Origin: Candidatus Falkowbacteria bacterium
Lineage (GTDB): Bacteria; Patescibacteriota; Patescibacteriia; Patescibacteriales; UBA12075
Assembly: GCA_043801965.1 (NCBI GenBank)
Contig: JAZDLN010000051.1
Coordinates: 19,720-83,719, forward strand
Length of the DNA: 64,000 nucleotides
Reading direction: 5' to 3'
In this document: positions 35,454 through 45,008 of the stretch, piece by piece
How positions within the stretch are numbered: position 1 is the stretch's first letter
Layout: each line of letters starts with the position of its first letter
Program-made: the position numbers and the translations under genes
Notes under the pieces: generated by a model
Told to the model about the DNA's origin: nothing
The model's input: the letters and a program-made list of their open reading frames with translations, nothing else
The model's database searches: none

Positions 35454-37898
35454 TTATTTCAGTATATCCGCGAATTGCTCCCTGACCACATCGGCCGTTT
35501 TTTGATCTAAGATATCCATAAGAGCGGATAATTGCGCCCGGCACTTATCTAATTCCCCTAATTTGCGGTACATGACGGCTAAACTATAGCTGGCATTGGC
35601 ATGACCCGGGCTGACGGACAAAATATTCAGGAATAAGGCTTCGGCGATATTAAGATCTTCGTTTCGTCCCACTACGTTGCCTGTTAGCTGATCCGGTTTG
35701 ACGCTTAATTCTTCGCCCTCATCCCCTTCTTCGTCGACCGTAAATTCGCTTTCAGTGATCTCCTTGGTAGCCGTCTGGTTAAGATTAAGCTGCGCGACGC
35801 CGCGATTGAAGAATAACCGCCCCAATTCGAACCGATAATCAATATTATTACCGGCAATCAGGCTGGCTCTTTTTAATTGTTCGATCGCGTCATCGATATT
35901 GCCGAGCTTTTCCGAGGCTATGGCCTTGCCGTAATAAGCCGAAGCCAAATCTCCTTTTTTCTCGATTGCCCGGTCATAGAATTTCACGGCCTCGCCGACG
36001 TAATATCCCTGCTCGGTCTTGTCGGTTTCGGCGTTTGCCCGAGCCATGTTTATCAAAGCCGTCCGTAAATACGGCACCGGATTGCTCGGATCGAGCTCCA
36101 TGACTTTTTTATAAAGATTTTCAGCCCACTCCAAGGCTCCCCGGGTATAAAACGAAGCATTTTCATAGATAAGAGCTAAAGATTCGTTGTTCATGGCTTT
36201 ATTCCCTGAAATCTCAACGGCCTTTTTCCCGTTCTCGATCGCTAAGCTTAGGTTAGCGCCCACTTCCGCCTGCCCCCCTCCGGCCATAGCTATCTGATTG
36301 GCCTTGGACATATAATTATTGGCCAAACCCAGATAATAACTGTCTTGATATGGCGCCAGGGAGATAGCTCTTTGTAATTTAATAATTTTACTGTCCACGA
36401 CCTGGTCTTCGATCGCTTTTTTAGCGTAAATATCGCCCATGTACATCTTAAGTCCCATGGTGAACAGAACGACTACGCCAGCGCTCACGCACAAAAATAT
36501 CGCGGCTAAAGCCAGAGCATACTTGGCCGAAGACCGGAAAGAAAGCTTAAGCGTTTTGAATTTTTCGGGATACATTATTATGGCGACCGATACGGCAAAA
36601 ATGGCCATTATGACGTTTACCAGGATTATCGAACCGTTTTGGGCGAATAAGAGGGCGAAAAGAATAATAGAGATCAGACTGGCGAATAGCGCCAGGAGAA
36701 TGGGATTAACGCTCTTTTCCTCGGTTTTTATTAGCGTCAGGAAGGTGATGGAAAGAGCGATTAAGACCACGATGCCGACGGCCACCGTGCCTAACGCCCC
36801 GACCGAGGCCAGAAGTTCGAATACGATGCCGCTGGCGTTGTCGAAGCGCATGTTCCACAACGGCGAACCGTTAAAGCTCAGGTCGCGGAAACGGGAAAAA
36901 TTATAATAGAACGTCGAGGGACCGGAGCCGAATATCGGATTTTCCATCACGCTGTTCCTGGAAATCTCCCAGGAAGCTCCCCGTGACAGGCTGACTTCAG
37001 CCGGCAAATTCAGAGTGGCGATGTTAAAATTTCCCAATACCAGCAAAATGATCAAAGCCAGGAAAACGAACAAGGGTATCAAGAGATTATTATTCGTAAT
37101 TTTTATGATCTTTGAGAGGAAGAACATTAATACGATCACAATGCTCACTATGGCCACGGGCCAGAAAGTGAATCCGTTGAGCAGGGCTAATATAGCCAGA
37201 TCCAGGGCGACAATTATGCCTGACAGGAGTTTTAAAATATAAACCGTCGCTTTTCGGGCCTGGGGCATTAATTCCCGCGTTTGGGCCGCCGCGATAAGTA
37301 AGATCGGCAGTATTATCACCAGATACATGGTCAGCTCGGAAAGCGAACCCAGCGGATTAAAGCCCTGGGCATGGGTAAAAGAGGCTGGCCAGACGTATAT
37401 TTTAATAAGCTGCAGGAATGAAAACAGCGTTAAAACCGTACCGGAGGCGAAAGCGGACCAGAATACGGTTTTTACCCGCTCCTTGGTAAGATTGTTAATA
37501 ACCAGATAATAAAACAAAATAAAAATGACCAGGGCCAGGAGGCTTTTGCTGGAGCCGCCGTAAGAACCGATCAGGCTGTCTTTACTGATTATCGACAATA
37601 TCGTAGAAACCGCGAAAACAACCAGGGTAGCCAACAACGGCAGATCCAGAGGCGTCCTTTTAAGGGATAATTCGCCCAATATAGCGCCCTTGGTTACCCA
37701 AGCCACAACGCCCAGAAGCACCAGGAAATAGAACAAAAGCAGCTTCTCAAAACCCATGCCCTGGGCTACCAACCCGGTAAAAAACAAAGGGCAAAGGAAA
37801 AAAACCAGGCAAATCGCTCCCATGATTATAATATCCAACCCCTTGGTCGAAGTGTGCTTGCCAGCCTTGACTTGATTATTTTGTTTTAATTCTTCCAT
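35454..37898 (-). CDS. O-antigen ligase (Wzy_C)-like polytopic membrane protein with a C-terminal TPR repeat domain.
   Basis: At least 12 TM helices in the N-terminal 450 aa. TPR-like repeats in the C-terminal 350 aa (LGLANNYMSKANQ ... YYGKAIASEKLGNIDDAI). Confidence 0.55.
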   Translation of the reverse strand: MEELKQNNQVKAGKHTSTKGLDIIIMGAICLVFFLCPLFFTGLVAQGMGFEKLLLFYFLVLLGVVAWVTKGAILGELSLKRTPLDLPLLATLVVFAVSTILSIISKDSLIGSYGGSSKSLLALVIFILFYYLVINNLTKERVKTVFWSAFASGTVLTLFSFLQLIKIYVWPASFTHAQGFNPLGSLSELTMYLVIILPILLIAAAQTRELMPQARKATVYILKLLSGIIVALDLAILALLNGFTFWPVAIVSIVIVLMFFLSKIIKITNNNLLIPLFVFLALIILLVLGNFNIATLNLPAEVSLSRGASWEISRNSVMENPIFGSGPSTFYYNFSRFRDLSFNGSPLWNMRFDNASGIVFELLASVGALGTVAVGIVVLIALSITFLTLIKTEEKSVNPILLALFASLISIILFALLFAQNGSIILVNVIMAIFAVSVAIIMYPEKFKTLKLSFRSSAKYALALAAIFLCVSAGVVVLFTMGLKMYMGDIYAKKAIEDQVVDSKIIKLQRAISLAPYQDSYYLGLANNYMSKANQIAMAGGGQAEVGANLSLAIENGKKAVEISGNKAMNNESLALIYENASFYTRGALEWAENLYKKVMELDPSNPVPYLRTALINMARANAETDKTEQGYYVGEAVKFYDRAIEKKGDLASAYYGKAIASEKLGNIDDAIEQLKRASLIAGNNIDYRFELGRLFFNRGVAQLNLNQTATKEITESEFTVDEEGDEGEELSVKPDQLTGNVVGRNEDLNIAEALFLNILSVSPGHANASYSLAVMYRKLGELDKCRAQLSALMDILDQKTADVVREQFADILK

Positions 37899-38068
37899 AT
37901 TTTTTACCTAAAGATAAAAAACCGCCAAAAGAGGCTTTATTGCCCCTTAAAAAATTCCGGTCATTTATCCACAATTAATATATAAACTTCTATTATTTTA
38001 TCAGAAATAAAAGACCATGTCTAATAAAATCGGGAAATAATGCAAGGCGCGATAAATAGAAAATTATT

Positions 38069-39214
38069 TTAATCCAGTATTTCGAGATAGCCTTTGGCCG
38101 TATTTTCCCACGAAAATCGCTGTTGGCTCTTACCGCTCTTTGTCGCCGGAAAAGAAGCCGGGTGGCCGCTCTTTAAAACCACGGAAATAGCGCCCGCTAT
38201 TTCCGCGATATTGCCGGAATCGACAAGCAAGGCCTCTTGGCCGACTACTTCCGGCAGGCTTGAATTAGATCCGGCTATGACCGGCACGCCACAGGCGGCC
38301 GCTTCCAGGGGCGGAAACCCGAAGCCCTCGTAAAACGAAGGGTAAACGAACAGGGCGGCTAGATTATAAATATAAACTTTATCTTCTTCATCCACGTAAC
38401 CGATGAATTTTATGTCTTGGCGGTATTTTGATTCCCGCCATTCCCGAAAAATATCTTCCGATTTCCAGCCTTTGGCACCGGCGATAACTAATTTCATGTC
38501 CTTCGAGCCGCCATTGGCGTCCCGAAAGATGCCGTAAGCCCGGATCAGACCGGGCACGTTCTTGCGCGGCTCAAGATTGCCTACGTACAATATATAATTC
38601 CGCGGTAAGGCGTATTTTTTCCGCGCGGCCTCGAATTCTTCCCGTTTTTCCGTCCGGTCAAGCGGCTGATAACGGCGGCTGATACCCGGATAGATAACCC
38701 TTATCCGGGCCTCGTCGATGCCGCAAAGTTCGATTATGTCGCGCTTAGTGTTTTCACTGACCGCCGCGATCATGTCGAATCCTTTAAGCATCTTTTTGAC
38801 GTTAAGGGCGCGATGCCAGATATTCTTGCGCAAGGAAAAAAACTCGGGATAACGCAGGAAAGACAGGTCATGGACGGTTATGATCTTCCGGCAACGGTCG
38901 GATAGGGACAGAAAATTAATATGGGGAGAGATAAACCGATCCACTCCGAGCAGACGGTCGATCTTCGGTCGGCCCAGGGTTTTCTGCATAAAATAATTGA
39001 ATATCTTGTTCGGATGGCGGGTGCGGACGACCCTCGCGTTATCGGCGTTGAATTCGGGGATTCTGGAGCTTATGTCGCGGCCGGAATTATAAAACAGCCG
39101 GTATTCCCGGCTTCGATCGACCTCTAATATCTTCCGGACGAGATTATAAGTATAGCCGGACACGCCGCTCCAGTTTTCGTCCATCAATGTTCGGATGTCG
39201 ATGCCTATTTTCAT
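38069..39214 (-). CDS. Glycosyltransferase family 4.
   Basis: EGFGFPPLEAAACGVPVIAGSNSSLPEVVG retaining-GT C-terminal motif. Start at MKIGIDIRTL (ATG 39214). Confidence 0.8.
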   Translation of the reverse strand: MKIGIDIRTLMDENWSGVSGYTYNLVRKILEVDRSREYRLFYNSGRDISSRIPEFNADNARVVRTRHPNKIFNYFMQKTLGRPKIDRLLGVDRFISPHINFLSLSDRCRKIITVHDLSFLRYPEFFSLRKNIWHRALNVKKMLKGFDMIAAVSENTKRDIIELCGIDEARIRVIYPGISRRYQPLDRTEKREEFEAARKKYALPRNYILYVGNLEPRKNVPGLIRAYGIFRDANGGSKDMKLVIAGAKGWKSEDIFREWRESKYRQDIKFIGYVDEEDKVYIYNLAALFVYPSFYEGFGFPPLEAAACGVPVIAGSNSSLPEVVGQEALLVDSGNIAEIAGAISVVLKSGHPASFPATKSGKSQQRFSWENTAKGYLEILD

Positions 39215-39355
39215 GAATAGATTTCCACAAATCAACAAATCTGCTACAAATTTATAAATACAGAATCCCGCTTTTATTGGATTTGTAAATTTGTATATGA
39301 TTCGTAAATTCGCGGGTTTTAAAGATTAATCATCGCCACGGACCCATTCTCATAA

Positions 39356-40519
39356 TTAAAATGCCTGTTTCCCTTCAACTGAGTTTCTGAACTTCCCGTA
39401 CTCTTCCTCGATAAATTTCACGATCTCGTCCTTAAACCTTTCCTTTGAAAATTTAAGGGCGTGCCCCCTGATCGCGCCCGGGTCATACCTGGCCGCGTCG
39501 AATTTTTTTACCGCCCCGACGATGGCCGTCGCGGTCTGCTCGTCGAAAAACTCTCCGGTCATTCCCTCTATGACGGTCTCCGTGGCGCCGCTCTTCCTGA
39601 AAGCCAGCACCGGCCGTCCGGAGGCCTGCGCCTCCACGACCGTGATGCCGAAATCTTCGTCCTGGGGATGGATAAACGCCTGAGAGAGCGCGTAAAGCTC
39701 CGCCCGTTTTTCGTCGTCCACGCGCCCCAGGAACTCTATATTTCCGGCGGCGCCGGCGATCTTTTTAAGCCTGGGCATATCCGGACCGTCGCCGAAAACC
39801 TTTAGCTTTAAACCGAGATCTTTAAAGGCCTCGATCACGATATCGATCCTTTTATACGGGTTCAGGCGGCAACCGGCCAAAAAATATTTTTCTTCGGCTT
39901 CGCGTTCGGCAATATAAAATTTATCAAGTTCTACCGGCGGGTAGATCAGGGTCGAATTCTGACGGTAGTATTTGCTTATACGGCTCCGGACGGTTTTGGA
40001 GTTGGCGATATACCGGTCAACCCGGTCGGCCGCTGTCCGGTCCCAGACCCGGACATAATTCAAAACCAGCGAGATCAGTTTTTTAAAATATTTATTGTAT
40101 TTAAGTTCGCTGATATACTTGTGCGTGTAATCCCAAAGATAACGGGTTGGAGTATGGCAATAGCAGACATGAAGCGTATCTAATGGCGTGATCACGCCCT
40201 TGGCGAAAGAGCTTGAGTCCGACAAAACAAGATCATAAGAACTTAAATCGAAAAATTCTATGGCCATGGGCATGAAGGGCATGTACCATTGGTAATGCCT
40301 GACGCCGCCCGGAAGCTTCTGGATGATAGAGGTATATATTTTCTTGCCGGCATAATATTTTTTCGCGTTCTTCTCTTCGTAAAGCAGGGTGTAGATCGGC
40401 GCTTCCGGAAAAATTTCCGTAAAAACGCGTAAAACCGCTTCCGCTCCCCCGTCCTGGGCCAGGTGGTCGTGGACAAGGGCCACTTTTAGTTTTAAGTTAT
40501 TACCTTGATTATTTTCCAT
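39356..40519 (-). CDS. Glycosyltransferase family 4.
   Basis: EDFGITVVEAQASGRPVLAFRKSGATETV motif. Confidence 0.8.
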   Translation of the reverse strand: MENNQGNNLKLKVALVHDHLAQDGGAEAVLRVFTEIFPEAPIYTLLYEEKNAKKYYAGKKIYTSIIQKLPGGVRHYQWYMPFMPMAIEFFDLSSYDLVLSDSSSFAKGVITPLDTLHVCYCHTPTRYLWDYTHKYISELKYNKYFKKLISLVLNYVRVWDRTAADRVDRYIANSKTVRSRISKYYRQNSTLIYPPVELDKFYIAEREAEEKYFLAGCRLNPYKRIDIVIEAFKDLGLKLKVFGDGPDMPRLKKIAGAAGNIEFLGRVDDEKRAELYALSQAFIHPQDEDFGITVVEAQASGRPVLAFRKSGATETVIEGMTGEFFDEQTATAIVGAVKKFDAARYDPGAIRGHALKFSKERFKDEIVKFIEEEYGKFRNSVEGKQAF

Positions 40520-40810
40520 ATTTATGATAGATTTTTTTTATCTACAAAATTTATTATTCGTTTGTTCTTTGTAAACTCGAAAAAAATGGTGGAGGCTTAT
40601 ATGAGATTTTTAGCACTGTATATCAGGCAAATTTTTTGCCAACATGACTGGGATAAAGATGAGGCCAATATCGCTACAACATTTTGCGATGAAATATCTT
40701 CAACCAACACATCCGTGTCCCTGCTGTGCAAAAAATGCGGCTGGCACCGATCCTTTAAAAAATATAAATTTTAAATCCATGACACCGCGGCCAAAAAATC
40801 CGTGGTTTTT

Positions 40811-40914
40811 ATTTTTTTGTCATCTCGAGCGCCAGCGAGAGATCTATAATGCGTCATGGGTGCCGCCTGTTTCGTATTATAGATTTCTCCCTTCAGTCGA
40901 AATGACAAAAAACA
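40811..40914. repeat. MITE-like element, second copy of the TTTTGTCATCTCGA-terminated family.
   Basis: tttttttgtcatctcgagcgccagcgagagatctataatgcg ... cgtattatagatttctcccttcagtcgaaatgacaaaaaac. Confidence 0.6.
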
Positions 40915-40949
40915 ATGTGTTATTATATTTAATCGGCAATCAAAAATCC

Positions 40950-42395
40950 CTAAACGGCCTTCCGTCCCCGGATTATCGCCAACGGAGTCCTGAATAAAAT
41001 AGCCAGATCAATGAGCAGGGACCAGTTCTCGATATAATAGGTGTCAAGTTTTACCTCTTCTTCGAACGAGAGATCGCTCCGGCCCGAGATCTGGGCCAGG
41101 CCGGTTATGCCGGGTTTAATTGTCATAACCTTCTTGTGGCGAGCCTCATATTGCGTTACCTCCCGCGGCTGATGCGGACGCGGACCGACCAGGCTCATAT
41201 TGCCCCAAAAAACATTGAAGAACTGGGGTAATTCGTCTATGCTCCATCGGCGGATAAACCGCCCCAGGCGCGTAACGCGCGGATCATTGGCGATCTTATA
41301 GACCGGTCCTTCTTTGGTATTCTGTTCGCGGATCAACTCCTTTTCGTAATCTTCCGCCGCGCCGCTGGCGTATTCCGCGCCCGTACAGTACTGGATGAGC
41401 ATGGAACGGAATTTAAGCAGTTTGAATTTTCGGCCTGCTTGGCCGACTCTTTCGTTCATATAGAAGACCGGCCCCCGGGAATCAAGCTTTACCGCCAGCG
41501 CCGCTAAAAGAAACAAAGGACTGATTATGACAATAAGGATAACCGACCCGATAATATCGAAGATCCGCTTGATTATCCGTCCCCAGCCGTCCAGGGGCGT
41601 TTTCTTGACCTCGACGATCGGGATGCCCGCTATTTCAGTAACTTCCGTCTTCAGAACTTTGGCGCCTAAAAGATCGGCGGCATATTTAAAGGTTAGGTGA
41701 TATTCATCGGCGAAATCGTAAAGCCTTAAGGTCTCCGCCTTGCTTAAATTAGGGTCGCTCTGGATAAGCTCGTCCACATCTTTCGCCTTCAGGTATTCGA
41801 TCAATTCGTCCCGCGCCTCAAGATCGAAGCTCCTGAGCCTTTTTACGACCTCAAAACCGGAATCGCGGTTAACGGAAAATTCGTGGATAAGATTTTCCGT
41901 GGTTTTGCTGTTCCCCACCAAAACCACCTTGTGCACGCCGATACCGCTCCGGAATAAAGCGCGCTGGAGTAGCCGGACAAGGCTGCGGGCGAAACTTATA
42001 TAAATTATCGCCAATATCAAGCCGGCCAAAACTATAAAACGGGAGTCGAATAACTCCCGTCTGATGAAAATAAGCACTACAACCAGCATAAAGCCGGTAG
42101 AGCAGGCCAGGACCACGCGATAGAGCTCTTTTACGAGCTTTCTGGCGCTTCTGATATTATAAAGCCCCGCCAAGGCGAAGATTATAAGCCACAACGCCGC
42201 TACGATCGATACCGCCTTAAGATAACCGTAAAAATCAAGATTAAATATGACCGGACGGTATGTCTGGAAAAATTCGGCGTAACGTATGTAGTAAGCCGAG
42301 ATCCCCGCTAAAATTATGGCGGCGAAATCCAGGGGTACCAATAGAAACGAAAAAAATAATTCAGAACGTTTCATAATAACGAAGACGGCAGACAA
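40950..42395 (-). CDS. Polyprenyl-phosphate sugar phosphotransferase, WbaP/bacterial sugar transferase family.
   Basis: N-terminal TM bundle. C-terminal domain [22 protein letters not shown] ... DSRGPVFY ... [21 protein letters not shown]. Confidence 0.85.
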   Translation of the reverse strand: MSAVFVIMKRSELFFSFLLVPLDFAAIILAGISAYYIRYAEFFQTYRPVIFNLDFYGYLKAVSIVAALWLIIFALAGLYNIRSARKLVKELYRVVLACSTGFMLVVVLIFIRRELFDSRFIVLAGLILAIIYISFARSLVRLLQRALFRSGIGVHKVVLVGNSKTTENLIHEFSVNRDSGFEVVKRLRSFDLEARDELIEYLKAKDVDELIQSDPNLSKAETLRLYDFADEYHLTFKYAADLLGAKVLKTEVTEIAGIPIVEVKKTPLDGWGRIIKRIFDIIGSVILIVIISPLFLLAALAVKLDSRGPVFYMNERVGQAGRKFKLLKFRSMLIQYCTGAEYASGAAEDYEKELIREQNTKEGPVYKIANDPRVTRLGRFIRRWSIDELPQFFNVFWGNMSLVGPRPHQPREVTQYEARHKKVMTIKPGITGLAQISGRSDLSFEEEVKLDTYYIENWSLLIDLAILFRTPLAIIRGRKAV

Positions 42396-42465
42396 CAGAC
42401 GACGGAATGAATAATAAAATTTACATTCTATTTTCTGTTCACTGCTTTCTAAAATCCAATAATAT

Positions 42466-42876
42466 CAGGACGGGTTATAAGCCGGATTCTGTTCCCGTCG
42501 AATGACGGGAGATGGCCATTTATCTTGGCTTATCGTTGCCGATAAGCTCGTGCGAACCACTTTTCCCACGTGGAAGCGAAGCTTCTTTACGTGGTTTGTT
42601 CTTGCTCCAGGCAGGGTTTACCGCGAACACGCCGTTACCGGCGGTCGAAGCTTGTAGCCTTTTGACTCGAGATCAAAAAACACCAAGCGACTTTTCACTT
42701 TTCCCCCGAGGAAAGCAAAGCTTTCTTTTCGGGGTAGTATTGTCTCTGTGGCACTTTCCCTGGGGTTACCCCCGGTCGTCGTTAGCGACTGCCATGACAT
42801 CGGCATAAAACCGAAGGGAGTCCGGACTTTCCTCTCAAAGTCCTTGAGGAGTTTGAGCGGCCATCGGCCCATCCTG
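42466..42876 (-). ncRNA. rnpB: RNase P RNA (bacterial type A).
   Basis: Minus strand contains GAGGAAAGTCCGGACTCC (P4 5' strand), GTGCCACAGAGACAA, GGTAAACCCTGCCTGGAGCAAGAACAAA and ACAGAATCCGGCTTATAACC (P4 3' strand). P1 pairs CAGGATGGG with CCCGTCCTG. Track ORFs 42512-42808(+) and 42618-42935(-) are spurious. Ends approximate. Confidence 0.85.
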
Positions 42877-42879
42877 ATA

Positions 42880-42960
42880 TTATCGGAATTTAAAGTTCTA
42901 AAATTTATACTACCATTTATAATATAAAAAGTCAATCAAAAATATTATTAGAACTGGCGT
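42880..42960 (-). promoter_or_regulatory. Candidate rnpB promoter.
   Basis: Minus strand reads TTGACT, about 18 nt, then TAGTAT/TATAAAT, roughly 25 nt upstream of the mature 5' end. Confidence 0.3.
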
Positions 42961-43030
42961 GATGCAAATAAATTTTTTATTTAAATATTAGCAAAATATT
43001 AATATAATTTTAAGTTAACTATTAAAATAC

Positions 43031-43059
43031 TTGACAATATAAAAAATATATGCTATATT
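43031..43059 (+). promoter_or_regulatory. Near-consensus sigma70-type promoter: TTGACA, 17 nt, TATATT.
   Basis: ttgaca at 43031-36, 17 nt spacer, tatatt at 43054-59. Confidence 0.45.
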
Positions 43060-43065
43060 AATAAA

Positions 43066-43203
43066 TTAGCGGTGGCGATCGGCCGGTCTTCCGGCCGGTT
43101 GCCACCGATATATACAAGTACAGCCAGTTTTATATAATAAAACAACAATCCGCCTAAAAACGGCCAAAAAAACCACTCTGATCTATAAAGGGTGGTTTTT
43201 TGG
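43066..43203 (+). ncRNA. Candidate small RNA or structured leader of roughly 140 nt, bounded by the promoter and a terminator.
   Basis: Starts with a 16 bp GC-rich hairpin ggtggcgatcggccgg-tcttc-ccggccggttgccacc. Its two G-U wobbles are only valid in the plus-sense RNA. It ends at terminator aaaaaaaccactct...agggtggttttttt. Confidence 0.3.
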
Positions 43204-43213
43204 TTTTGTCGCG

Positions 43214-43257
43214 GTTTCCCCCTCTCCGGAATCGGAGAGGGGGCAAGGGGGTGAGGC
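43214..43257. repeat. GC-rich palindromic element with GGGGGTGAGGC tail.
   Basis: gtttccccctctccggaatcggagagggggcaagggggtgaggc. Confidence 0.5.
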
Positions 43258-43262
43258 AGGAC

Positions 43263-43291
43263 TTGACAAATCAATGAAAATTTGTTAAAGT
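43263..43291 (+). promoter_or_regulatory. Candidate promoter of the paralog operon: TTGACA, 17 nt, TAAAGT.
   Basis: ttgacaaatcaatgaaaatttgttaaagt. Confidence 0.35.
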
Positions 43292-43411
43292 CAAAATAAT
43301 TTTCGCTCCTTGAAAATCAATTTTTACGGTGTCTGCCTGAATTAGCGGCGCTATGTCCGGGATGGGCCCGGATGTAAAACCGTTTGACGGCGGATGCAAA
43401 GGAGAAAAAAC

Positions 43412-44326
43412 ATGGAAAAGAAACCAATCACGACGGATCAGTTGGGCGAAATCATTGAACAGTCTAAAAAGAAAAATGGTCAACGGATCCATCGGGATAA
43501 CCTGCAGGCTTTTTTGCGTAATCCCAGGCTGGTTGATACTAAACCCTATAGATCAGGCGCTTATTCTATCGCGGTTAATTATGATAAAAATATTGAAGAG
43601 ATGATAGACGACGGTCGTTACAAGCGCGTATATCGTAGTTCTATAAACTTTAGCTCTGATAATTTAAAACATCACCAAAAAAAAGGTAAAGGTATTACCA
43701 GCGTTGAAATTATTTGCCCGAACGAGGTGATTAGTAGCGATGACTTCTTGGGCCGCTTAAAGAAAGACGGCCTGCGCCCGGCATCCATCCAGGAATTTTT
43801 GTCTTTCCTGAATACCCATCCTGAAATTCCGACAGGTTTATCTGTTGTTTGTCTTGATTCTTTTAAAAACTTGGGGGATCATCTTGTTTTCTGTGTTAGG
43901 TCCAGTCACTCCGAAAGAACCCTTACGGCTACATTTTATGACACAAAATGGGATAAAGACACTAATTTCCTCGTTGTCCGTGAATCGGTCCAAGCACCGC
44001 AACCGCTCAAAACCTTTCTCCTCTTTGAGGAAATCCATGATCCTACCGTACCCGGCCCAGATTCCAGAAAAATACTGGCCACGATCCAGGCTACGGACGA
44101 AAAAGCTGCCGCCGCTCATCTTGGGGGCGAATATATAAGATTCCTCGGCCCCCTGGATAATGGACCCAGTATATTATTGCCCAGGAAACTTTTCAAACCA
44201 TGCGGGAAATACAGGACGCGTGATATGATGGAATTTAGACAAAACGGACTTAATATTCGCATAGATGCCAGATGTGCAGAGCACTATATTCGCATAGAGG
44301 AAGTTCCAAATATTATCGCGTCATAA
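43412..44326 (+). CDS. Hypothetical protein (305 aa). Its C-terminal roughly 110 aa are homologous to the three downstream small paralogs.
   Basis: AAAGGAG RBS 7 nt before ATG 43412. C-terminal LKTFLLFEEIHDP...ILATIQATDEKAAAAHLGGEYIRFLGPLD...LPRKLFKP aligns to the paralog core. Confidence 0.5.
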   Translation: MEKKPITTDQLGEIIEQSKKKNGQRIHRDNLQAFLRNPRLVDTKPYRSGAYSIAVNYDKNIEEMIDDGRYKRVYRSSINFSSDNLKHHQKKGKGITSVEIICPNEVISSDDFLGRLKKDGLRPASIQEFLSFLNTHPEIPTGLSVVCLDSFKNLGDHLVFCVRSSHSERTLTATFYDTKWDKDTNFLVVRESVQAPQPLKTFLLFEEIHDPTVPGPDSRKILATIQATDEKAAAAHLGGEYIRFLGPLDNGPSILLPRKLFKPCGKYRTRDMMEFRQNGLNIRIDARCAEHYIRIEEVPNIIAS

Positions 44327-44340
44327 GAAGGAGAAAAAAT

Positions 44341-44640
44341 ATGGCTACTCTGCAAACTTTCCTGCTTTTTAGCCACTCCCTCTTTGGTCCGGAATACGAG
44401 GAGAGGCACGATATACTGGTGGACGCGCCGGACGAAGAAAGCGTCGCCCGGTATTTCGGCGGCCGTTATTGTCCGGACAGAAGAGCGATAGAGTTGCCGA
44501 AAGAATCTTTTAAACGCGTGCGCGTGCTCGGCAACCGGTATAGATGCTACCAAAAAAATAATCTTTGCATCTGGTCGACGATCGATCCGGACAGGTTTGT
44601 CCCGATCCGGAAAGCCGAAAAACTTATTATTACGGAGTAA
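44341..44640 (+). CDS. Small paralog A (99 aa) of an unrecognised family.
   Basis: AAGGAG RBS. LQTFLLFSHSLFGPEYEERHDILVDAPDEESVARYFGGRYCPDRRAIELPKESFKR...DRFVPIRKAEKLIITE. Confidence 0.55.
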   Translation: MATLQTFLLFSHSLFGPEYEERHDILVDAPDEESVARYFGGRYCPDRRAIELPKESFKRVRVLGNRYRCYQKNNLCIWSTIDPDRFVPIRKAEKLIITE

Positions 44641-44656
44641 CCCCGAGGAGTAAAAA

Positions 44657-44983
44657 ATGATAGACACGGTCTTGGCAACAAAAGCAAAAAAATTAAAAAC
44701 CTTCATTCTCCTGGGAGACGACCCCTTAGGTCCGTGGGAATGCGCCCGGGGGAGATACTGCGTGCTCGTTGAAGCCGAAAACGAAGAAGCGGTCGCGAAA
44801 TATCTGGGCGGCCGGTACTCGAAAAGCTTATCGGCGATTTTCCTTCCCAAAGCTCTCTTTAAGCCGTTCCTCCCCGGCGTCTTAAAGTTCGAGAAAGATC
44901 GCTTTTGCGCTTATCTTAAAAGCAGTTTTGTCGAACGGGGCATTCGAATACAGGTGCCGGAAAAAATCAGGATAAAAGCTTGA
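44657..44983 (+). CDS. Small paralog B (108 aa).
   Basis: GAGGAG RBS. LKTFILLGDDPLGPWE...YCVLVEAENEEAVAKYLGGRYSKSLSAIFLPKALFKP. Confidence 0.55.
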   Translation: MIDTVLATKAKKLKTFILLGDDPLGPWECARGRYCVLVEAENEEAVAKYLGGRYSKSLSAIFLPKALFKPFLPGVLKFEKDRFCAYLKSSFVERGIRIQVPEKIRIKA

Positions 44984-45008
44984 TCATAACCCATTAATCG
45001 GAGGGCAC

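Noticed and set aside
42512-42935. Track ORFs 42512-42808(+) and 42618-42935(-).
   Set aside because: They overlap the RNase P RNA gene. There are no RBS or protein motifs, whereas the RNA signatures are clear.
43053-43492. Track ORFs 43053-43274(-) and 43271-43492(-).
   Set aside because: They lie across the promoter, hairpin, terminator and GC-palindrome intergenic region and across the start of the plus-strand operon, with no RBS. Most likely spurious.
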